Shown here one piece after another: positions 55,401-57,028 of a stretch of DNA of 57,028 nucleotides. The stretch covers positions 1 to 57,028 of the IMG/VR virus record IMGVR_UViG_3300034411_000354; one strand, given 5' to 3'. The notes under the pieces were generated by a model. The model did not search any database. It had not been told where the DNA came from and saw nothing but the letters and a program-made list of their open reading frames with translations. A program made the position numbers and the translations under genes. How positions within the stretch are numbered: the stretch's first letter is position 1; each line of letters opens with the position of its first letter. Source of the DNA: a virus (Duplodnaviria > Caudoviricetes).

Positions 55401-57028
55401 ACACCTTGTTCGAAACCAGCGTTGCTTGCACCCTGGTCTATTAGGTTCGCTCGCGCGCCTACGCTTGTAGCCAGGTCAGCTTTTGTAGACGCAGTAGAGG
55501 CGTGTCCAGCGGCAGTAGCTGCCGAGCCTGCTGAAGCGATCTCGCTATTTGAAGCCGCTGTCTCGCTAGCTTGTGCGTTAGTCTCCGCTGTTTCTGCGCC
55601 CGACCTAGCCGTAGTGGCGAGACCTGCCTGAGTTGATGCTGTGGACGCATGTCCCGACGCGGTAGAGGCAGAGCCTGCTGCCGCTCCAGCACTTACGCTC
55701 GCGCTACCTGCAAACCCAGAAGCCGCGTCTGCTTGAATCTCTGCTTTGATAAGCTCAGTAACATCGATGACCTCAAAAGACTTTAGAGCTACCTGGCCAA
55801 TCGTAGAAGAACTGTTTTGTCGCAGCTGAAAAGCAATGGAGGTGGGTACTGGGTCTGTACCAGTAGTGGTAACATAGGCCCTGTCACCAGATTGCCCTGA
55901 CGGCGCATTGTCAATCACCGTGTTTAAGGCTTCCAGTTGAGCATCTGTGTAATCTGGCCCGCCGATAAAACCAGCGATTTCAAATACGCCGTCGCTGACC
56001 AGTTTATAAACTGAGAAGGGCTGCACGTTGTTGTAGTCGGGATTAGTTTGCTGACGGGTCCCGCTGGCATCAAAACCGTTATACCCAAGTAATACGCGGC
56101 CCCCACCGTTATCAGTTCCGTCATCTACGACACGAGCTACGACTCGCACAAAGTAAACTTTGTCCGATGCGAAGGGGTACACTTTTCGCGGACCCACTGC
56201 GTGATTATCCGCAAGAGCACCCATATATGCGACACCGAACTCTGCGTCGTTAGTGATGAATTCAGCAGACGTACTAGTGTACGTACTAGAGTTACGGATT
56301 AATCTTGGGTCGTCCGTCCCTAAGTCATAACTTTGTGGGTTCTTTATCCAAGCGTCTTTCGTTACAAACCTAATCTCGCCTGCCGCTGCTGTTTCTATAA
56401 GAACAACGTCTCTCGCGTCTTCTGAATCTGAAGCAGCGTCTGTAGCTAAAGTAGCCTGAGTTGAAGCAACAGAAGAGTGACCTGCTGCTGTAATGACAGA
56501 TGCCGCAGCCGCCTGCTCAGACGCCAGTGCATTAGTTTCAGCAGTTTCAGCGTCGGTCTTTGCAGTAGTAGCTAAACCCGCCTGAGTAGTTGCAGTAGAA
56601 GCAAAGCCTGATGCATTTGACTCACTTGTTGCAGCCGCCTGCTCAGACGCCAGTGCATTTGTCTCAGCAGTTTCAGCCCCACCTCTGGCGGTAGTAGCTA
56701 GACCAGCCTGAGTAGTTGCAGTAGAAGCAAAGCCTGATGCATTTGACTCACTTTGAGCAGCGGCTTGTTCTGACGCTAATGCGTTCGTTTCAGCAGTTTC
56801 AGCTCCACCTCTGGCGGTAGTAGCTAGACCGGCCTGTGTAGTTGCAGTAGAAGCAGAGCCTGATGCATTTGACTCACTTTGAGCAGCGGCTTGTTCTGAC
56901 GCTAATGCGTTCGTTTCAGCAGTTTCAGCTCCACCTCTGGCGGTAGTAGCTAGACCGGCCTGTGTAGTTGCAGTAGAAGCAGAGCCTGATGCATTTGACT
57001 CACTTTGAGCAGCGGCTTGTTCTGACGC
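46403..57028 (-). CDS. Giant modular tail fibre/host-specificity protein, C-terminal part (about 4371 aa in total with 1-2545)
   Basis: The frame stays open upstream of the track's ATG 56224 through to the window end. Ala/Ser/Thr heptad stalks alternate with duplicated beta-sandwich modules. Ends with a DUF1983/J-like domain (YTVKID.NG.VAG+GL...F+VNADRFA...VYI..AFI..G.I..AKI...VRIKLG.L). Confidence 0.92.
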   Translation of the reverse strand, partial: ASEQAAAQSESNASGSASTATTQAGLATTARGGAETAETNALASEQAAAQSESNASGSASTATTQAGLATTARGGAETAETNALASEQAAAQSESNASGFASTATTQAGLATTARGGAETAETNALASEQAAATSESNASGFASTATTQAGLATTAKTDAETAETNALASEQAAAASVITAAGHSSVASTQATLATDAASDSEDARDVVLIETAAAGEIRFVTKDAWIKNPQSYDLGTDDPRLIRNSSTYTSTSAEFITNDAEFGVAYMGALADNHAVGPRKVYPFASDKVYFVRVVARVVDDGTDNGGGRVLLGYNGFDASGTRQQTNPDYNNVQPFSVYKLVSDGVFEIAGFIGGPDYTDAQLEALNTVIDNAPSGQSGDRAYVTTTGTDPVPTSIAFQLRQNSSSTIGQVALKSFEVIDVTELIKAEIQADAASGFAGSASVSAGAAAGSASTASGHASTASTQAGLATTARSGAETAETNAQASETAASNSEIASAGSAATAAGHASTASTKADLATSVGARANLIDQGASNAGFEQGVAGVGAPAGWTVEAQNSITNLGFVTDVGTTSEFGSELSYGIISPTVYSTGHWVTHYKHFLVEPGKTLKTKCRVWNYDYENITPTTTDPQDSYWVGEDDTICVWSFYDSEGVFLSSLYSQSAGHLYAVANNITTSGALGAAVNETWIDFEPAAVTVPANSVYAKIEIVGVDYNGQVIPVSNRGDYTTWTGGNWMGRIDDVQFLCTDGSIQEISQGPMEAAISATAASVSQGAAAGSASTALGHASTASTQAGLATTARGGAETAETNALASEQAAAQSESNASGFASTASTQAGLATTAKTDAETAETNALASEQAAAASVVTAAGHASTASQSSTLAASAQTAAESARDGIVYQNFAFDGTFPTTTKPIWVSQSADASISSTQAKFGSNSLKVTSGQTGSTDIFYSDQLDFFPESVIGDKYTWGMWVYIDGSGTSTESYGLAGDGGWATASTSTRNQWVFLTATGTMGNQAANTLDVKLEFRSNPLESNDVATYIDGVIIVKGEVDLTSVEVDDSAVRAAHNSADFADAALVSQQSATASQSAANSSAGVASSQAGIATTKAGEAAVSASNAASSESNASGSASNASTEAGLAASARADAESARDAMVLENLIVDSRLSESSLIGGWDSTNLYQRSSGQSKFGTHSLGSTSGVFTNQYPIFYYTDIPIISGEKFTWGAWVYKNWNTDITIQFQQFGGWAAGTVTATNAWQFVTGQGTALSTMAVNLEMDIRGHMGGSGTRQVFIDGLILVRGHHDLTVVEASDAASTASEKADASADAALLSQQSATASQTAAGNSASAALASEGLAAQSASDASASEAAALVSETNAATSESNAAGSESSASSSSTLAASAQSAAEDALAETLVELAASGPSRVTPIVESWAFNPFDKNLDSSDDRFINTGQILETDFTTTDSVFGDAYNFGGNRGNDTFGPRKSYPYGPDKVYMLRAIYRVALESTVSTYASSATNVYLGATTRGGDGLTLRENLQPGQQQPNQADGETEFVMVFHGDDYTSAVINGLDIVNDNKTTQVNNTFSGLLTVNSTSSANGSDTPAKSIGFHIRQNASNHSDGSIAVKSFEVFDITEAVLAEIKADAAAVSAAAALVSEGNASASEGAAGGFATTATNQAGIATTKAGQASTSAANAAQSETNAASSESAASSSESNAASSASDAASSEANALTYQNAAAGSATSAAGSSSSAATSEGVAVAIQERMNLVDGGVVNAGFEADQASTSVDTWPTGWDCDGQRADAPNDVGVVSTVVNSSGDFSSTQSFGTHVTDSGSTGDWMRLSKYFIAEPSQKFNVDMAVNLAGTVPAPYNRDPEWVDEDDVFIIYNWYDEDGALLSQTAVPSATSEYNQANGSWVSGSSRAPQQTWFDYVSDEGTAPANTAFVRIDLILIDDQPGNIGTDVLVNYVTWAAGGNFRGYIDDVQFLSSNGSIVETNKGTVESAISAAASQTSAANASASEGAAGGFATTASNQAGVATTKAGEASTSAGNAATSESNAQGSANTAAAQATLATTAKNDAETAETNAQASESAAAQSETNAAGSASSASSQATLAATARSDTDDLKDAVLVETAANGEIQFINPTSWQQTQQSHNLYSTDNRFAGAGNATASFFVTNDAEFGNAYVPTLGLNDSISPRRVQPYSSDKVYLVRVISRVLNDGPTIGTGVRLSLGINGWKADGTRITSSPDLNNYQPVNVTKTVADGVYELSVFFGGSDYTDAELEAFDLVTENAPDLQSGGRAWAIIPPNSGTNNEPDLAFVNFQIRHNAGGLTDGQPSIQSMEVIDVTEAIKAEIKADAAAVSAAAALVSEGNASASESDAGNFASTATTQAGIASTKAGDASGFASDASGFASQAQQSASNAAGSSSTASTQAGLAATAASDAEDARDAIVYQNYAFDGTFPGGVKPQWTDQSSNCATSTTYFKLGTHSLKIPASGTSSVDIFETALLDSFPDIATGDKLTWGMWVYIDGSGTTSESFGFAGDGGWGTASTAVRNSWVFLTQTGTAGSWPPLYGLRLELRSAPIGTTTDNAVYVDGVIVVRGEVDLTTVEVDDSAVRSAHKSSDSASAANTSAGQASASANTAGQEATTATTQAGIATTKAGDASTFASNAANSASNAAGSSTTATTQAGLAATARTNAEAARDSMVLDNVVVDSRLEEANLRGGWNTTFLERSTTQKKFGTHSAKTLSSSNFYSDSSPIIYQTDIEQITGEKFTWGVWVYKNFSGNISLQFPYDGGWAVGFVTSTNAWQFVTGQGTASSTPGANISIDVRSHTGGSGKEIFFDGLVFVRGHHDLTVVETSDRGSTAQELADISASAASTSAGQASASANTAGQEATTATSQAGIATTKAGEASTFASNAANSASNAAGSENTATTQAGLSSASAGNAAGSATASANSASGAATSASNAASSAAAAALDVRLLEARVTSGLNGHYVSNDWYLRSIDGAGAPAYVVALEDGVNIYIEKMTDGTQYTVKENADAYTNYNIPSETSQSGDGPWRVFASGPIICKHADGVMGAPANFSSTLLANSGSRYNPYDIYLFAPYGEAQVDVYYDANGAADFIESSSTVDDTIIIPAGGYYHYEADVDLSANDAAATFIFKSDARITGIFRPTGGGDNMLMIPMTNGEAVSNYEAAGEIVFYANSKTSGTPTRITNGNARYYATDDEDMHIAYYGHADGAGGDAEFGLPREAMSDLYVWPEPNLSNYRIVAVEPCEVTVMKADGTVLYREDLSAASTSAPLFVSQGSNTGNTNINTGGGPYRFVGTAPFHLIAQEGGDDDETVLLGARQAKLGDNSVQAIAKQVNTVQSAVDGQTATVSANAQSVNGLEAQYTVKIDNNGAVAGYGLASTTTGSGNIVSEFIVNADRFAILKDASDTGTAQVPFSVVTSSYTNNGVTVTPGVYITDAFIANGTIDTAKIGNAAIDDAKIANLSAGKISTGTLNAANVNIEGVTSGIDLKSAATGARMEIKADSIKVFDSSGTVRIKLGNL
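56500..57028. repeat. 126-bp (42-aa, six-heptad) tandem repeat in the fibre stalk
   Basis: Anchors at 56509, 56635, 56761, 56887 and 57013. Unit ASEQAAAQSESNASGSASTATTQAGLATTARGGAETAETNAL. Related units occur at about 54455-54720. Confidence 0.9.

Noticed and set aside
56222-56224. ATG 56224 as the start of the fibre gene
   Set aside because: The frame is open upstream to the window end, the ATG falls in the middle of module A1, and the real start is probably 2545 across the junction.
46403-57028. Diversity-generating retroelement or invertible tail cassette
   Set aside because: No reverse transcriptase motif and no adenine-specific TR/VR pair seen. The repeats are direct and in frame, and no invertase is present.
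1-57028. Alternative genetic code or stop-codon recoding
   Set aside because: Standard-code ORFs tile both arms densely, with TAA, TAG and TGA all used as stops.

Overview
The window is very probably a complete temperate podovirus-like phage genome of about 57 kb. The first 55 nt equal the last 55 nt, giving a circle of 56,973 bp that was opened inside a tandem repeat of the tail-fibre gene. Two gene arms diverge at about 26.2-26.4 kb and converge at about 44.2-44.4 kb. The minus arm carries an HNH-like nuclease, small and large terminase, a P22-like portal, scaffold, an N4-gp56/DUF4043-type major capsid protein, adaptors, ejection proteins including a 1978-aa HEXXH protein, lysis genes, a tail nozzle, and a ~4371-aa modular fibre spanning the contig ends. 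The plus arm carries many small early ORFs, a family A DNA polymerase (Leu762 type), a CsrA homologue, an SF3 primase-helicase, a PD-(D/E)XK nuclease, GP88, an SNF2 helicase, an SSB-like protein, VRR-NUC, an XRE regulator and an Xis-like protein. A tyrosine integrase lies beside an attP-like core matching the 3' end of tRNA-Ser. The main unexplained non-coding signals are: (i) a 13-copy, helically phased, inverted TGTGCC/GGCACA array with an IHF site at 27.0-27.3 kb, whose hexamer also flanks attP; (ii) a 17-bp ATATTAG-N5-GTAYT box at about 10 intergenic sites in both arms; (iii) a ~200-nt multi-hairpin leader upstream of the capsid gene with two ACGAUA-loop hairpins. All family calls come from motif recognition by eye, with no database searches. 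The host is inferred only loosely (Proteobacteria, probably Gamma) from CsrA and the IHF boxes.
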